A stretch of 64,000 bases of DNA from the NCBI RefSeq assembly GCF_009914755.1, contig NC_060926.1; one strand, written 5' to 3'. The DNA is from the human T2T-CHM13v2.0 reference genome, Homo sapiens. The notes beneath the pieces are model-generated. The model did not search any database. It was not told the origin of the DNA and saw only the letters and a list, made by a program, of their open reading frames with translations. Of this stretch, positions 13,565 to 31,386 are shown in pieces. How positions within the stretch are numbered: position 1 is the first letter of the stretch; every line of letters starts with the position of its first letter. The translations under genes were made by a program, and so were the position numbers.

Positions 13565-14860
13565 ATATTTTGTTTAGGTAAAATTTACATTCTGTAAGAT
13601 ACCAAAATCTTGAAACATTCTATTTGATTAATTTAAACAAATGCATATATCTGCACAGCGTGATTCCTATTAATATACAAAACATTCGTAAAGTTCCGGA
13701 AAGCTTTCTCCTGCCCCTCCCCATTCAATTACCCCCTAGATATAGTATCTTTTTAGGAAATTTTGATCATACATTAGTTTTATCAGTACTACAACTTCAT
13801 ATAAGTGGAATTACACAGTATTACACAGCATGCCCCACTTCTTTTCCTCAATATGATGATATAATACCTCTGATTTCCATCCATGCTTTTGTATATATCA
13901 GTAGTACTTTCTGTCTTCTTGTTGTTAAATAATATTTAATTAATATAATATAGGATATTTAGTATTCTATAGAATGTTATATAACTAAATATGTTTATAT
14001 ATTTTCCTCCTCACGAATATTTGCTTTGTGCCAGTGTGAGGAAGCTATGAATAAATTTGCTGTGACTATGGGTATACAAGTCATTTTGTGGACATATTTT
14101 CTTGATGAGTGTCTGGAAGTACAACTGCTAGGTCATATTGAGTCTTATTTAACATTATAATGTACTGCCAGGAGTTTTTCCTAAGTGATTGTACAATTTA
14201 CACTTCCATTAGCAATGTATGTGAGTGCCAGCTTGTCAGCATTATTAGGAAAATTGGTGTAAACCTGTGCAATTATAGCCATTCAAGTGGGTATGAAATT
14301 CAATGTTAATAAGTTTTAAATTTTCATTTCCTTGAAAACAGATGACATTGGGCTCTTTTTCTTGTGTTTTTTGGCTTTTCTTGCATTTTTCTTTGTGTAA
14401 TATCTCCTTCACAATGTTGCCAACTTTTTATTAGTCATATATCTTTTAACTTTTAAGTTGTGATGGTTGTTTGTATATTTGGGTACAAGTTCTTTATCAC
14501 ATGCTTGAAACTATTTTCTCAGTTTGTTGATTGACTATTTTTAACAGTGATTTTCAAAGAGCTATTTTAAAAATTTTGATAAAGCTGAACTTTTTTTTAG
14601 ATTATTGTTTTCTCTGTTTTAAGAGATCTTTGCTTATTTTGAAAGATCTCATACCACCACATTTTAAAAAAAAATTCTTCTTGAGTTAGGTTTGGCAGAA
14701 TGTGTCTCTTTTCTATTTCCCTTGTTTAGTTCCTTAGTACGAAAGTAGCAATAGGTAATACGTGAACACAGAGTTATGGTTTATTTCAATAAATACTTTA
14801 TTTACAAAGTATTTATTTTCCCTTACTGCTTCAAAGATTTTTCTGATAATCATTCATGTT
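13565..14860 (-). mobile_element. Old L1M (L1ME-like) 3' fragment
   Basis: Degraded antisense L1 3'UTR/ORF2 motifs (gtgattgtacaatttacacttccattagcaatgtatg, aagttctttatc). Confidence 0.6.
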
Positions 14861-14874
14861 AAAAATTTTGATTA

Positions 14875-15646
14875 TGCATATGAAAAAAGCTCAACATCAC
14901 TGATCATTAGAGAAATGCAAATCAAAACCACAGTGAGATACCATCTCACAGTAGAATGGCTGTTATTTAAAAGTCAAAAAATAACAGATGCTGGCAAGGT
15001 TATGGAGAAAAAGAAACACCTATACACCGTTGGTGGGAGTGTAAATTAGTTCAGTCATTGTGGAAGACAGTGTTGTGATTGTTCGAAGATCTAAAAGCAG
15101 AAATATCATTTGACCTGGCAATCCTGTTACTGGATATATGCCCAATGGAATGTAAATCATTCTATTCCTTGAATGAGGATGTTCATTGCAGCACTATTCG
15201 AAATAGCAAAGACATGGAATCAATCTAAATGCTCAACAATGATAGACTAGAAAAAGAAAATGTGGCACATATGCACCATTAAATACTATGCAGTCCCAAG
15301 AAAGAATGAGATCATGTCGTTTGCAGCAAAATGGGTGGAGCTGGAGGCCATTATCCTTAGCAGACTAACACCAGAAGAGAGAACCAAATACCACAGGTTC
15401 TCACCTATAAGTGGGAGCTAAATGATGGGAACACATGGACACAGAGAGGAGAATAACACATGCTGGAGCCTTTTGAAGGGTGAAGGGTAGGAGGAGAGAG
15501 AGGATCAGGAAAAATAACTAATGGGTACTAGGCTTAATACCTGGGTGATAAGGTAACCTGTTTAACAAACCCCAATGATGCAAGTTTTCCTATGTAACAA
15601 ACCTGCACTTGTGCCCCTGAACTTAATATAAGTAAAAAAAAAAAAA
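14875..15646 (+). mobile_element. L1PA (PA11-15-like) 5'-truncated 3' end
   Basis: gctcaacatcactgatcattagagaaatgcaaatc... through gtaacaaacctgcacttgtgcccctgaactta and poly(A); probable TSD ttgattatg. Confidence 0.9.
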
Positions 15647-15689
15647 TCAATCCTGATTTCTCTAAAATAAATTGATTATGATGTACTTC

Positions 15690-16360
15690 TTATGAAAGAA
15701 TTTAATCTTGCCCAAAAGAGGTCTGGTCTTCGCCTTATAAGAATGTGGTTATTTCCCTGTGGGTCTTGAGTCACCAGACAGTTTAACAATATGATTTAGC
15801 ATTGAAGCTGGCCGCAGTGTATCTAGGAGTTGGGGAGATGATGGGGGAGGTTGGATGAGTGGGTAACCATTCCAGAAAGAACAACAATAACTTTAGAATA
15901 GGGACAATCAGTCATATTCTATCCATTGATCTAAAGAGTGGCTAGAAACTGAGAACAACCACGTGGGCAATCAGTCACGACTATATGATGAAGCCCCCAA
16001 GGAAAACTTGAGACACTGAAATTTTGGTGAGTTTTCCTGGTTGCCATATTCCATGCATATTGCCACACCTTGATGCCAGGAAAGTAATGTCGTTTTGACG
16101 CTATAAGGTGAGGAAAATTGGAAGCTCCACATTTAAAACTCTTCTGGACTCTTTTCTGTGTGCTTCTTTCCCTGGCTAATTTTAGTCTGCATTGTTTCCT
16201 TTTAATAAGCTATAAACGTGAGTATAGCAGCTTTTAGTGAGTTCTGTGATTCCTTCTAGCAGATTATTGAAACTCAGAGTGATTTTGAGAATCCTGCTTA
16301 CCTTGAAATTGATGTCATAAACGAGGGTGGTCTATAGACTGTCCCCTCTAAGCTATGCAG
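15690..16360 (+). mobile_element. MER21-like solo LTR
   Basis: aagaatttaatcttgcccaaaagaggtctgg start; ttttagtgagttctgtgattccttctagcagattattgaaac near the end. Confidence 0.7.
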
Positions 16361-16519
16361 TTGCTTAACTCTGTTGTATTTTTTGTGAATTTTTTTTTTG
16401 TATTTCGTGTTGTCTGTGTTTATCTTGTTTAGGTTTTGTTGAGTTTCCATGATCTGTTGACTTAGAGATGTGTAGAGTGCCAACTTTAAATCTTTGCTAA
16501 GATAAATATAACTACATGT

Positions 16520-17190
16520 GTACATAAGAAGACTCCATGTTTATAGGAATTTGGCTCCCCTCAAGTTTTTCTATAGATTTAGCACAATCCCATTAAAACT
16601 CAAACAAGCTTACCTTAAGAATTGACAAGTTGATTTCACAATTTATATGGAAATGCCAAAGACCTAGAATATTTAAAACAATATTTAAAAATACAAACTT
16701 AAAAGCCAAATAGAGACAAATTAATAATGAAAGAAAAACATGGAATAGGTATAAAGTTATCTAGGATATCAACAAATGTTTGCTAATATATGTAAAATGT
16801 CAAATACAATGAGTAAATTTGTAGGAAAATGATTTGCCAAAATTTACTTAAGCACAAATTGAAAATATCAGTCAGCCCTGAAACCATTAACCTGTTTTAT
16901 TAAGCATTTAAACAGTTGCACACCAAAAAAATGTAATTGTTTTAAGGGTGCTTACTACCAAAAATTCATGAAACAGATCATTGCAATTTTACAGAGTTAT
17001 TCTAGAGAAAATAAAAAGAGAGATTATTATTATGCAACTCATTTTATAATTCTGGTACCAAAACTGACAAGGACAATATGAGAAAAGAAAATTATATAAC
17101 AATATTATTTATTAACACAGATAAAGATCTTAAAACATTAGCAAATCAAATTTAACCATGGATTAAATAATAAAGAGATGCATCATAACC
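16520..17190 (+). mobile_element. Degraded L1M ORF2 fragments
   Basis: gaattgacaagttgatttcacaatttatatggaaatgccaaagacctagaata; ctcattttat...accaaaactgacaagg. Confidence 0.55.
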
Positions 17191-18626
17191 ATTTCTTCAA
17201 CCCTTCCCTAACAGTGTTCACCTCTCACATCACAAGATATTGTCACCTGTAGAGAAGAACAAAGGTAGTTTTGAAACATTGATGAGTTTTCTGTTGTTGC
17301 GTTTATCAATGTAGTGTGTTAGTCATTTCAGCGGATTTTAAAGCTTGATAAAGTCCCTATTACACTAAGAATAGACTGTGAGTGGCACAGACACACATTT
17401 ATAGATATGTGATAAGGGCAACTTTCTCTATTGCTATTTAAATCATTATCATACATTGAAAGCAGTGGTGTTACAAGGTCAACTAGAATTTTTTCTTTTT
17501 TCCAGTTGATTGAATCCAGGTCGTCTGTCACAATGTGATCAAACTAATGACTAATGCCAGTGATGGGGAAAGTCTCTGGTTGTGTTTTTTACTTGCAAAG
17601 CACGAGTCTCTGGAACCTTTGTCTTAGGAGAGTAAAGCATAGAGCATGGTTTCCTGTGAGCAGTGGAAGAACAATAAACACGTGCTCCCCAGAATCTGCT
17701 GAATTTGCTATCTAGAGAAAATGAGATATTGCCTAACAATTAAGGTACATTAAGCAGCTGTTTCTTTCTATATTGAGCTAATACTGCTCTGAAATTGTAA
17801 ATTGTTGATGGGAGATCAGAATCAGAAAGAAACAATATCATTTCCCATTTCTTTAGCAGTTCATTTTATGATTATCATAAGAAGCAAGTATTTTTGCAGC
17901 TGGTAGTGACTAGAAATAAAATATGACACGCCAAAAAAACTGCTTAAATGAATAAATAGTAAAAAGTAAAATTATTGGAACATGCTAGTTGATAATTCTT
18001 TACAGTTAAAAACAAAAAGTCAACTCACCCAAAGCTCACATAGAACTATTGGAAGAGTTAAAGTTAAGTAATACTAATGTTGGGCATGTCTCTTTTCCAT
18101 TTGAAACTGAAAAATGTACAAGAATAAGCTGGAAAATACACAATTCTTTTTAATATTATAGAGACTAATGAGTACTCCAAAAGTAAAAATAAAAATGCCT
18201 AAAGAACTCAATTTTTTTTAAGGTATGTCAGTTCTTTTTTATTTACCCTACCAAATTCCCCTTCCCTCAATTTTAATCTCATATATACATGTATATGATT
18301 AAACTGGCCTTAAATTAGCACATTTTTATCACCTATGCTTTAGCAAAAATTGTATTCTACAAGTAAGTTAATTTAGAGAACTCTCAGCTACACCAGTAGG
18401 CCTCCAACACTCATAGACTCAACTGCGTGCATTCATTTTGAGAGTTCTTAACTGCTAGATTCATTCAGACTTACCTCCTTTGCCTAATTTTCAGAAATTA
18501 GCAGTGTATTGGAGATTATTCCATATCATCCCTTTTTGTCATAGAATATCACTATTTTTATTTTTTTTAATACAAGTGGTCACATTGGTTTTAGATACTT
18601 ATGCATGGTTAGAAGGAGTTGGCTTA

Positions 18627-18794
<168 letters not shown>

Positions 18795-19322
18795 AAGAAA
18801 TGGGTATACAATGTAAAATGTCCCATAGAGAAAAAAACAGATGCAATTCAGTAGTATATTTTGAGTATTGTGCCGAATCTAAGGCTCAGGCTGTATGAAA
18901 GGTAGGAAAGGAAAGAAGCAATAAGATAAAAGGTCAACATCCTGTTTCTTGATCTGACTGGTGGTTACATAGTGGTTACTTTGTGATGATTCCTTGACCT
19001 ATGTACACTTTTGTGCAATTGTCTCATGCACAAAAAAAGTGATATGCCAGCATATTTTTATAAGAATGGTGCTATTTTGCACTGTCTTCTCTCTCTAGTT
19101 AGTCTTAAGGAAGTAGGAGGTGATAAGCAATGGGTGGGATGAAGGGGTCAAGGGAGTTTCAGTTTGAATTGGCCATAGTGGTTCTTATCCAGACTGTCAA
19201 TTTCATAAATTTGGAGAATCTCAGAACTAAAATAAATCTTTCTTTTTCTTTTTTTCTCTGATCCTTTTCCTCCCAATGCACACACATACACTGACTCGAG
19301 AACAAAACCAACAATAAATTGA

Positions 19323-19669
<347 letters not shown>

Positions 19670-19719
19670 AGAGAATTACCTTTCTTTTTTTTTTTTTTAA
19701 CATTGTGATTTTTTTTCCT

Positions 19720-21337
<1,618 letters not shown>

Positions 21338-24061
21338 GTGTTTTAATTGAACAGATATTTTGTTATTACTCCATTAAGCTAGCTTGATTTTTTTTTCACA
21401 TTACTTAAATACCTTTAGAGTTTCTGAAATATTTAAAAAGTTTAGAAATTAAGAGAAGAAAAATGCTTTGTAGAAAACAAGTGTGTTTTTTCACCGTTGG
21501 CCTACCTTAAATGATCCCTATGTCTTAGACCTGTGCAATTTATCATTTTCTTTTATTCTGCATTTTTAAAGAAACATACATAAACACGATGTAGACACAA
21601 TAAAACAAAATTCAATGTTTGTGCTTATGTGAATACTCCTTTGAAAAATTTTTATTTGTGTTTAGAGATAGTAATGAAATTTTATTATACAACATGAATA
21701 TTTCAGGCATATCATTTTCCACTGTATGGACAATCAATAAACACTAAGTAACAAATCCCATTCATAAAACTTATCACAGTCTGTTTTGGAAATTTTTTTA
21801 AAACTTGGTAAGAATTTAAAAGTTTTGGTTTACTTTTACTGTCTTTCCTTTACTAAAGTTTTTAAGTGATATTATTTTAGGTGATCACACTTTATTGTGG
21901 TTCACACCATCATTCTTTTAAGGAAGTTCTGTGATATTAAGGTATCTGTGTGGTAAATGATACATTACCTTTGCAAAGGGATATAATAAAGAAAGAAGAA
22001 GATGGAAAATTCTTTTTCTTTATGTTGCAAGGTAACCCATGGACAGAACTCAATATAAATTCTCAAAACTTTGACTTTTATTTCTATGCTAGGCTGCATC
22101 CCTTATATTTACTAATTTGGTAGCGGTCATTTTATTTTATTTACTTAGTATTTGTCAAATGCCTTCTAGTCCTTTAGTTATTTTTCCTTTTAATGGATGA
22201 CCCTTCTGATCTAAAGGTGATGGGTAAGAAAATTGAAACTGTGAAGTCTGGTTGAATGAATTTACCTGACTAAATAAATCTGTATCCACTCATTTTGATA
22301 AATGTATTCACAACATCAATAAAAACTCGCCAACTTACTGTTTAACCTATTTCAAATTATTACAACCACAATCATTAATTTATAATTTATGGTATTACAG
22401 AGATTTTTTAGGAGGGTTTTGTTTTCATTATAGTGCAGCTTTTATTATTTATATGGTTTTTTAGAACTTAAAACATTTTTAAAAGGTACTTTTGTACTTT
22501 AGTCTCACTTCAGTATCACAGAGTGACATAACTAGTGTTAATAAAATTTGCCAGTTGACAGATTAGGAGAATTAAGCTTTGAAGGAGTGACTTAATTATG
22601 TTTCTCCAGAAGTAAAGTATATAGTTCAATTTTTATCAAGAGGGCTAAATGAGCTTACTTTTTTGGGTATGTTTAGTACATACCAGAGCATAAAGAAGTA
22701 CTGCAAATATACACAGAAAACATAAATCAAAAGGGCCTGGAGTTATTTAGTTGGCAGTTGGTTTGATTAGAACTGTTAGGTAATGCTGGGTTAAGAAGCA
22801 TCAGGGATGGAGAGGAAAAAGTAGAAGTCAGGAGATAGCTCATGTATATTAGTTGGCAAAAGTTAAGAAACGGTTGGAAGACTTAAGAAGGGGCTATTTC
22901 TGTGGTCTTTAGAAATATCCTTTATCATTATTTTTTAAGTCAAATATTAACCATGGTGATTGCAGAATATAGTTTACCTGGAAAACCGTACATATGAATA
23001 TCAAATTATTAAAACAAAATAAACAAATTTAATACTAAGAAGTATCTTGTGTTTATCACATTTGTACTCCCAAATCATCAGTTTTGGATAGAAAGGACAG
23101 ATGTTATGAATTAAATTTAACACATGACAAAGGTAGAACAGATGTTATACTTTGCCCCCTTCCTTTTTAGCACAAAATAATTAGTCTTTATGAAATGTGA
23201 GGCACATCCTTTACCCATTGTGCTATAAATATTTTATTCCATTATTTTCAAGAAATACATGGCTCCTAAATTTGTGATTTTCTTGAGTATAGAGGTTGTT
23301 TATATAATTATGCTGATGTGTGCTAGATTCAGCTGATCTTATCTTACATGATTTTAGGAATGCTAGTGGATTGGCTAGAGGCAGCTGTTGGGGTGAGGAT
23401 GACTTTATTTCAGACAGCTCTCTTTCCTCCGTATGTCTCTCACATCTTCCCATCAGGGTTTTCTGAACATGTTCTCATGATGGTGGCTCGTTGTTCATGA
23501 GATGAAGTAGAAATACACAAACATTTTTTCAAGCCTCTTCTCACATCAGGTTTGCTCCTTTTCCATTGAACAGGGCAAGACACAAGACTTGCCACAAAGT
23601 GTGGAGAAACATACTTTCCCTTTTTGTTGAATCACAATGCAAAAACCTGACTTCAGAAGGGCTGAAAAATTCAGCCCATATACTCAAATGATGTACACAA
23701 TAATGTTTCTTCCATAGATAACTATTGAAAATCTGTAGAATCTCAGGTAAAGGTTATAGAAACGGTTCCTGTGATGCAAGGAAATGGAAGAGAATTTTAG
23801 GCTGCTATAGGCTGCAAGACAGAACAGAATAATATTCTGAAGAGTGTAGTCTTGGTTGATTAGGATTATGGGAGATTCTTGAAATTAAATTATATGAATA
23901 AATTTATGAGGAAAAAGGGTCTTGATGTTTTCACTCTGATGACAATGTTTGATGTAAAGATAATAAGGTGGAAATTATAAGCTAAAATGTTATCTACTTT
24001 GGTGTTTGCCAAAGTTTAAAAGAGATGAACAGTGAGATACAGGAAAGACAACTTGATTTAA

Positions 24062-24447
<386 letters not shown>

Positions 24448-25640
24448 TTAGTCTCCTGTTTCAATTGTGCCAGATGTAAATTTTCATTTTTTTTTCATTT
24501 TGGATTAGAACCAAAGATATATGTTCAGATAAGGCGAACTTCTATCTATGGAACTGACTTATAAAAAACAGAATGTCACACAATAAAATTACTTATTTCC
24601 AGTGTTATGAAGGTTTTTAAATCTTTTCCAGAACACTTTTTCTTTATAGAATGGAGAAAACAAAGAAAAAATATACATACACACACACATAATTTGAATG
24701 TATATAACCTCATCCATTAAATGTTGATTTCAGATACGGAAACATCATTTTGTCTCTCCTGGCTCTTGGTTACTAGCTAATAGCCAATCAGGATCATATA
24801 ATAAATATTTTGGTAGTGTAATTTTGGAGTAAAGCAAAGAAGAGTAAAAGTGTGCCTGAATTTTACTCACCCACATCTCACTCTGTGGGGGAGGCCAGCA
24901 AGAAAGGAAAAGCTAGAAAAATAAAATATTATTGGACCCCAGAGAATTCTTGTGGAAATGTAGACAATACAAATTGGTTTTATTTGGCTGCATTTTATTG
25001 GTCATTCTTGGGAGAAATAATGCTAAGAAGAAGAAATCCTGTGTGATTTTTTTGTGTGTGCTTTTAAAAGCAAATTCAGTTTTACTAAGGAACATTACCC
25101 TTTGCCCACACATGGAAGCCTCCTGCTCAGACCTCTCATAACAAGCAGTAATAGGAAGTCACCTAAAAACTTTATTTTCCAGTCTTTTTTTCTGATTCTT
25201 GCGCTGCCTCCACCTGATCCTTAAAATTCAACCCTCTTATAGTCTTCAAAACTTACTCATAGAAGCAATTTAAGTGAGCAATGCAGACTTTACCAAAGAT
25301 TCTAATGGGGGTAATCCATTATAGCATATGACTTTAAAAATACACCTTCAATATTTTGATCTCACTCTCTCTATTTTTTTTCTGCCAATGTCATACTGTT
25401 GGGTTTTCTTTCTGACATTTTTCTCACAGAGTTTTCAGTTCACTCACTTTTTTGATCTCTCTTGGATTTCTCCCAACCTGGAAAATAAAAATTCCTCACA
25501 ACTTTAATATACACTTTAATTTTTGTCTTTATTCCAGCTGCAGCCCTCAACCTTATATCATATTCTGCTTTATCAGGATGGTCAGATAAACTAATAGGTC
25601 TTTCAATTATTGAGACTCACACTTTTGAAATCCCTTAGCA

Positions 25641-25863
25641 CAGAGGTCAGCAAACTAAAGCCCTCTCAGCCAAATCTGGCCCTTCATCTGTTTTTGTAAG
25701 TAAAGTTTTATTAGAATACAGGTATGGTCATCCATTTACATATAACTAATGGCTGCTTTCATGTTACATGACAGATTTGAAGAGTAGCAACAGAGATCAT
25801 ACAGACTGCATAGCTGAAAATATTTACTAACTTGTCCTTCACAAAAAGTGTTTACCAATATCC
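25641..25863 (+). mobile_element. MER58A hAT-Charlie MITE
   Basis: cagaggtcagcaaact...gccaaatctggcc...taaagttttattagaatacag...aaaatatttacta. Confidence 0.8.
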
Positions 25864-28044
25864 AAGCAAGAAGATTAAGATTGTAATTAATAATTATGTG
25901 TTGTTTTCAGTCAACACTGATACACTATGCAGTTCTATCTTCAATGGACAATGAAAAATACACATACACACTTACATACACACCCTTCTCTCTCTCTCTC
26001 TCTGTCATATTTTGGTCTAAGAAGAGTTGATTAAGGTCACTAATGCAAAGGCCCTTCTTATCTATAATAATAAAACTTAGTTATCAAACAGACATACAAA
26101 CCCAACTTTGAATATTAGTTTGTTTTAAATAACAAATATATTTTTTCAAAATGAAATTTTATAATAGAGTTTCAAATTTTAGTACTGTAAGTACAATTCT
26201 AAGCATGATATATTAGTTTAATTCATAAAGAGTTCATTGCTTTATCTGTCTATTTTTGGAAGATTTTAATGCCAAACAGAAGCGCTATGGTCAAAATTAA
26301 AGTGCTAGCCTAAAGTCAGATATCAGGTACGAGAGGAATCTTTAAACAGTTAGCTGAAATTTATAATTTTTATGTGAGTGAGCATTCATTTATCAGACAA
26401 AAACATTTAGCTTATTTAATTACACTTGGTTCTGTATTTTTAGAATAGTGAGGAATAATTTTCCTCTCATGGTTTATGGAAAAAATAATTTTAAAAAGCT
26501 AGAAAATGCAAAACTGCTGAACATCATTATTAACGACTCCTGAAATTTTATAATGAAGTGGTAATTGCCCTGATCATTGATTCTTTGATTCTACCTTGCA
26601 TTGTTAGAGGAAAACTGATAAACATTGAATTAATTGAAACACAGCAGATTAGAATCATTAGAATCATTAATGTGTTCACAACTAGACTATTACATGCAGG
26701 GATGTAGTATCCAAAAAATAAGTACTTCATCATAGAGGCCAAAGATACATTTTTTAATTAGAATGTTGTGTTGTAGTTTAACCCTTTGAGAATTGCAATC
26801 TATATGTAAAGGATTTCTCCTCTGTATAAAATTTAAATATGTATCAAATGTACAAATAAGAGAGTAGGTTCATTAACATCGAACATAAAGAACCCACCAA
26901 ATTTAAATCAGTGATTGGGAAGTTTTATTTTAATGACAGCCACTTCATGGCTGCCATGATATACATTGTTAATCATTATTTTCATGAAACTGTGGTATTT
27001 GTTAATAATACTATTAATATTGTTATTAATACTATTATCTATTGCATAACAATATTACCACAAACTTCACACATTTAGACAAGACACAGTTATGATCTCA
27101 GTTTTTATGTGTTTTGGGGCTCCAGCATGGCTCCCCTTTCCTCGGAGCAGTTTCCAGTGACAGAAATTGCAAGGAAGATAAGGACAACCATTTCTGGAAA
27201 TGAATAATAATAATTATTACAGTGCTTAACCCAAAATGGGATTTAGTAGAAGCCAAGTGATATTTTAAAAATATCACTGACAGAGTTTTCCTCAAATGGT
27301 GACATGATATACAATTTTGGTTACAAAACATTTTTCAAAACCTTTGAGTCTTCAGAAATATTAGTTGGAGCTTTAATTTTGCTTTTTCTTGGCTCACATT
27401 TATTAATGGCATTTTTCCTAATCTGAGAACAGTTTCTTATTTGTTTAGCAAGGTTTAGTGAATACAAGAAACAGTCGCAGGTATATCCCAATCAATTAAA
27501 ATTCCTCCATAGATAGTGCAACCTGGAAATGCTCTGAACAGGACTTCCAGATTATTGATCATTTTATCAATTTTATTCACAAACTGTGATTATCATTTAA
27601 ATATAGCACCAATGATTGAATAAGAATTACTACAATCATTATGTAGTGAGTCGTAATTGAAGAAAAGATAAATATTTACAGATAGGCTGGTGTGCTCCTT
27701 TCTGCCCATTTTTCTGTACTCTGCTATTTGCCATGTGACCCCATTATCTTGGTCACAGCTGATAGAACATAGCAGAACTTTACCCACAGTGGCCCAAATC
27801 CATTCATTTTCATGAATTAAGTTGCTTAGGATGCGAGTCACTATGACCAAGTTGTTGCCTAAAACAAAAATGGCAACTGATTTATTTCTGATAAGGCTGT
27901 CATAGTTACAGAGACTGAAATCTTACTCTCATAACTGGCAAATTCTCCTTCTCTGTAAATATAAAAGGTAATCCAAATTACAAACACACTTGTGAAATCT
28001 GAGTCAGCATTAGTTAAGTAATTTAAAATATTATTTCTTTTATT

Positions 28045-28727
28045 TTTTAATCTTTATTTTTATTTGTATAAATTTATGGTGTGCATGTGAGATTTTGTTA
28101 CATGTATATAATGTATAGTGAGCAAGTGAGGGATTTAGCGTGTCCATCACCCAACAAAAATACATTTTTGTTAAGTATAGTCACCCTATTCTGCTATCAA
28201 ACATTGAATTTATTTCTTCTATCTTACTGTGTTTTTACCCACTTTTCCTCATCTTCTCTTTTTCATCTCAACTCACCCTTCCCATTTTCCTTTATCTATT
28301 TTTCCTCTCTCAACCCTCCATATGTTCAAAGTTTTAGCTTCCAAATGTAAGTGAGAGCATGGAATATTTGTCTATTTGTGCCTGGCTTATTTCACATAAG
28401 ATAATGGCCTCCAGTTCCACTTACGTTGCTTCAAATGACATGATTTCATTTCTTTTTATTGCTAAATAATATATAGCATTATATCACATTACTCTATCCA
28501 TTAATCCATTGATGGACACTTGATTCACATCTTTGCTATTGTGAGTAATGCTGCAATAAACATGTTAGTGCAGGTATCCCTTTGATGTGTTGTTTTCTTT
28601 TCCTTTGGGAAGATAACCCAGTAGTGGGATTGCTAGATCAAATGGTAATTCTAATTTTAGTTTTTTGAGAAATCTCCATACTGTTTTCCGTAGCAGTTAT
28701 ACTAGTTTACATTCTCACCAATGGTGT
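28045..28727 (-). mobile_element. L1PB4/L1MA-type 3' end
   Basis: ttgtataaatttatggtgtgcatgtgagattttgttacatg...gagaaatctccatactgttttcc. Confidence 0.85.
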
Positions 28728-29870
28728 TATTCAAAAAACCTTGAGACACTCTTCCTGGTTAAAGAAGATACAGATTTTCCAGTGGAGCCAAAATCCCCGA
28801 AGTGTCATTACTATTACTTGATTTTTACATCGGTAGAAGAGTTGGACATTCATCTTGCCTTGCTGATGCTACTATTCCTATATCGACTGAAGAAAAGTGG
28901 AACTCCATAGTCTTTTTCATTATTAAAAGAACTATTATTTTGGATGTAAATTTTTTACCATTATTATTACCATTATTTTATAGCATAGAATCTGGGCATA
29001 TTAGGTATTCAGAAATATTTATTAACGTTATTAGCTACTTATAGAAATATAATTGTAGAAAGTTTCTTTTTTAATATTTGAATTTTGGAAGATTTTAGAT
29101 ATCTCGTAAGAAATATCTATTGTTATATTTCAACTCTAATATCATAGTGTTTCAGTCAGATATAAATTGAGGTGAATGACATTGAGACCTTAAGAGGCAA
29201 AAAGGCAGGTAGAGACTGTAGGCAGGGCCAGAATAGAGAGTTTTCTTATGGAAGATAGGTTACAGACAAGTTAAACCTACTTCATGTAATGAATTGAAAG
29301 TTAACCTACTTGATGAACCAACTTGAAGTAATGTTTCTTTTCATTTTTGGGCCTTGTTCAAAGGCACATGTACTTTTATTATTTAGACATTTTTAAGAGT
29401 GTGACCTAAGTGAGGAAAATCCCAATGAACAATTGTGGTAAAATGTCAGTGCTCAAATCATGAAAAATATATTCGTATTTCTCATTAAATCATAGTAATA
29501 GTGCCTGAAAAAAAGGCACTTCTGTCTTAGAAAAATTTTGAAATAAAGAATGATTTCAGCAGATAAACATGGCTTTTGGCAGAATACTTCTGAAGCAAGT
29601 GGATGTATGCTCTGGCAATGTAAATAGAGATCAAAAGGACATTTGAATTCAGAGAATTGAAACCTAGAGTTAAAGTCAAAATGAAACAAAGCTTAAAAAG
29701 CTTTTAAAAAGATGATATATTAGGTATACATGAGGCATATGTAGTGATGCATGAAACAAATTTAAACAGACTCCAAGGATGGTTGTATTCAAAAGTTATA
29801 TACATTATTTAAATAAGCAATTAAAATTTAATTTTATGTAATTTTTATTTGACTTTGTATTGTTATATAC

Positions 29871-30198
<328 letters not shown>

Positions 30199-30967
30199 TG
30201 TATTGTTATACAATTTAAAGTATGTTTTAATAGAGATAGAAACATTCATAAAGAGTTGCTGAAATCATATTCAAAAAATATCTGATGAAAAGAGAAGAAA
30301 AACTGATTTAATAGGTGAAGAAAAATAATGAGCTATGAGAAATTACTATTGGAATTCCACCAGATTAGAAATAATTATATAATTTTCCATGTATATCTAT
30401 ATAAATTTTAAATTATGATAGAAATGTTCAATGCTTATATTATTTGTGTTGTGTGTCTGGCATTTTTAGAAAAAGGCAGTGTGGAAAGGACACACTGACT
30501 TACATCTGCCTAAGGCCCTAGGAATGCCTCTTCTCACTACCATTCACATTTCATTGGCAAAGATCAATCTCATGGCCTCCCTAGATGTTGGGGATAAGAG
30601 ACTGGGATTTGTAGTACATCCACATGTTTACCAAGAGTTGGAGAACAATTGTGAATAGTTGCAGTCTCTATCATGGAGTCTAACTCTCGGAGGCTGACTC
30701 ATGACAACCAAACTCATGAAAGACATATAAAGAATGACATTAATTAATTGGCACTAAAAATATATTGCCACAGGTACTGAATATATTTTCCCCATAATCA
30801 CAATTTGAATATAGAATGAGACTATCTTATCTTAGCCTGGTGAGTCTTCATGATCTATCTCACACTGGAAATTATAACTACCCTCAATGCCTTAAAGTTT
30901 TATGTTCTTAGGCAAAGACACAAGTGACTGACAAAGATATCTTTTGAATGAGAGTTTATTTCTCTTG

Positions 30968-31386
<419 letters not shown>

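Noticed and set aside
17490-17760. Possible exon after a polypyrimidine-AG at ~17506
   Set aside because: No recognisable product and no clearly paired donor site; such acceptor-like sites are common in AT-rich DNA.
29268-29335. Short repeats of aagtta(a)acctactt as a CRISPR-like array
   Set aside because: Only 2-3 degenerate copies, consistent with slippage; eukaryotic context with no cas genes.
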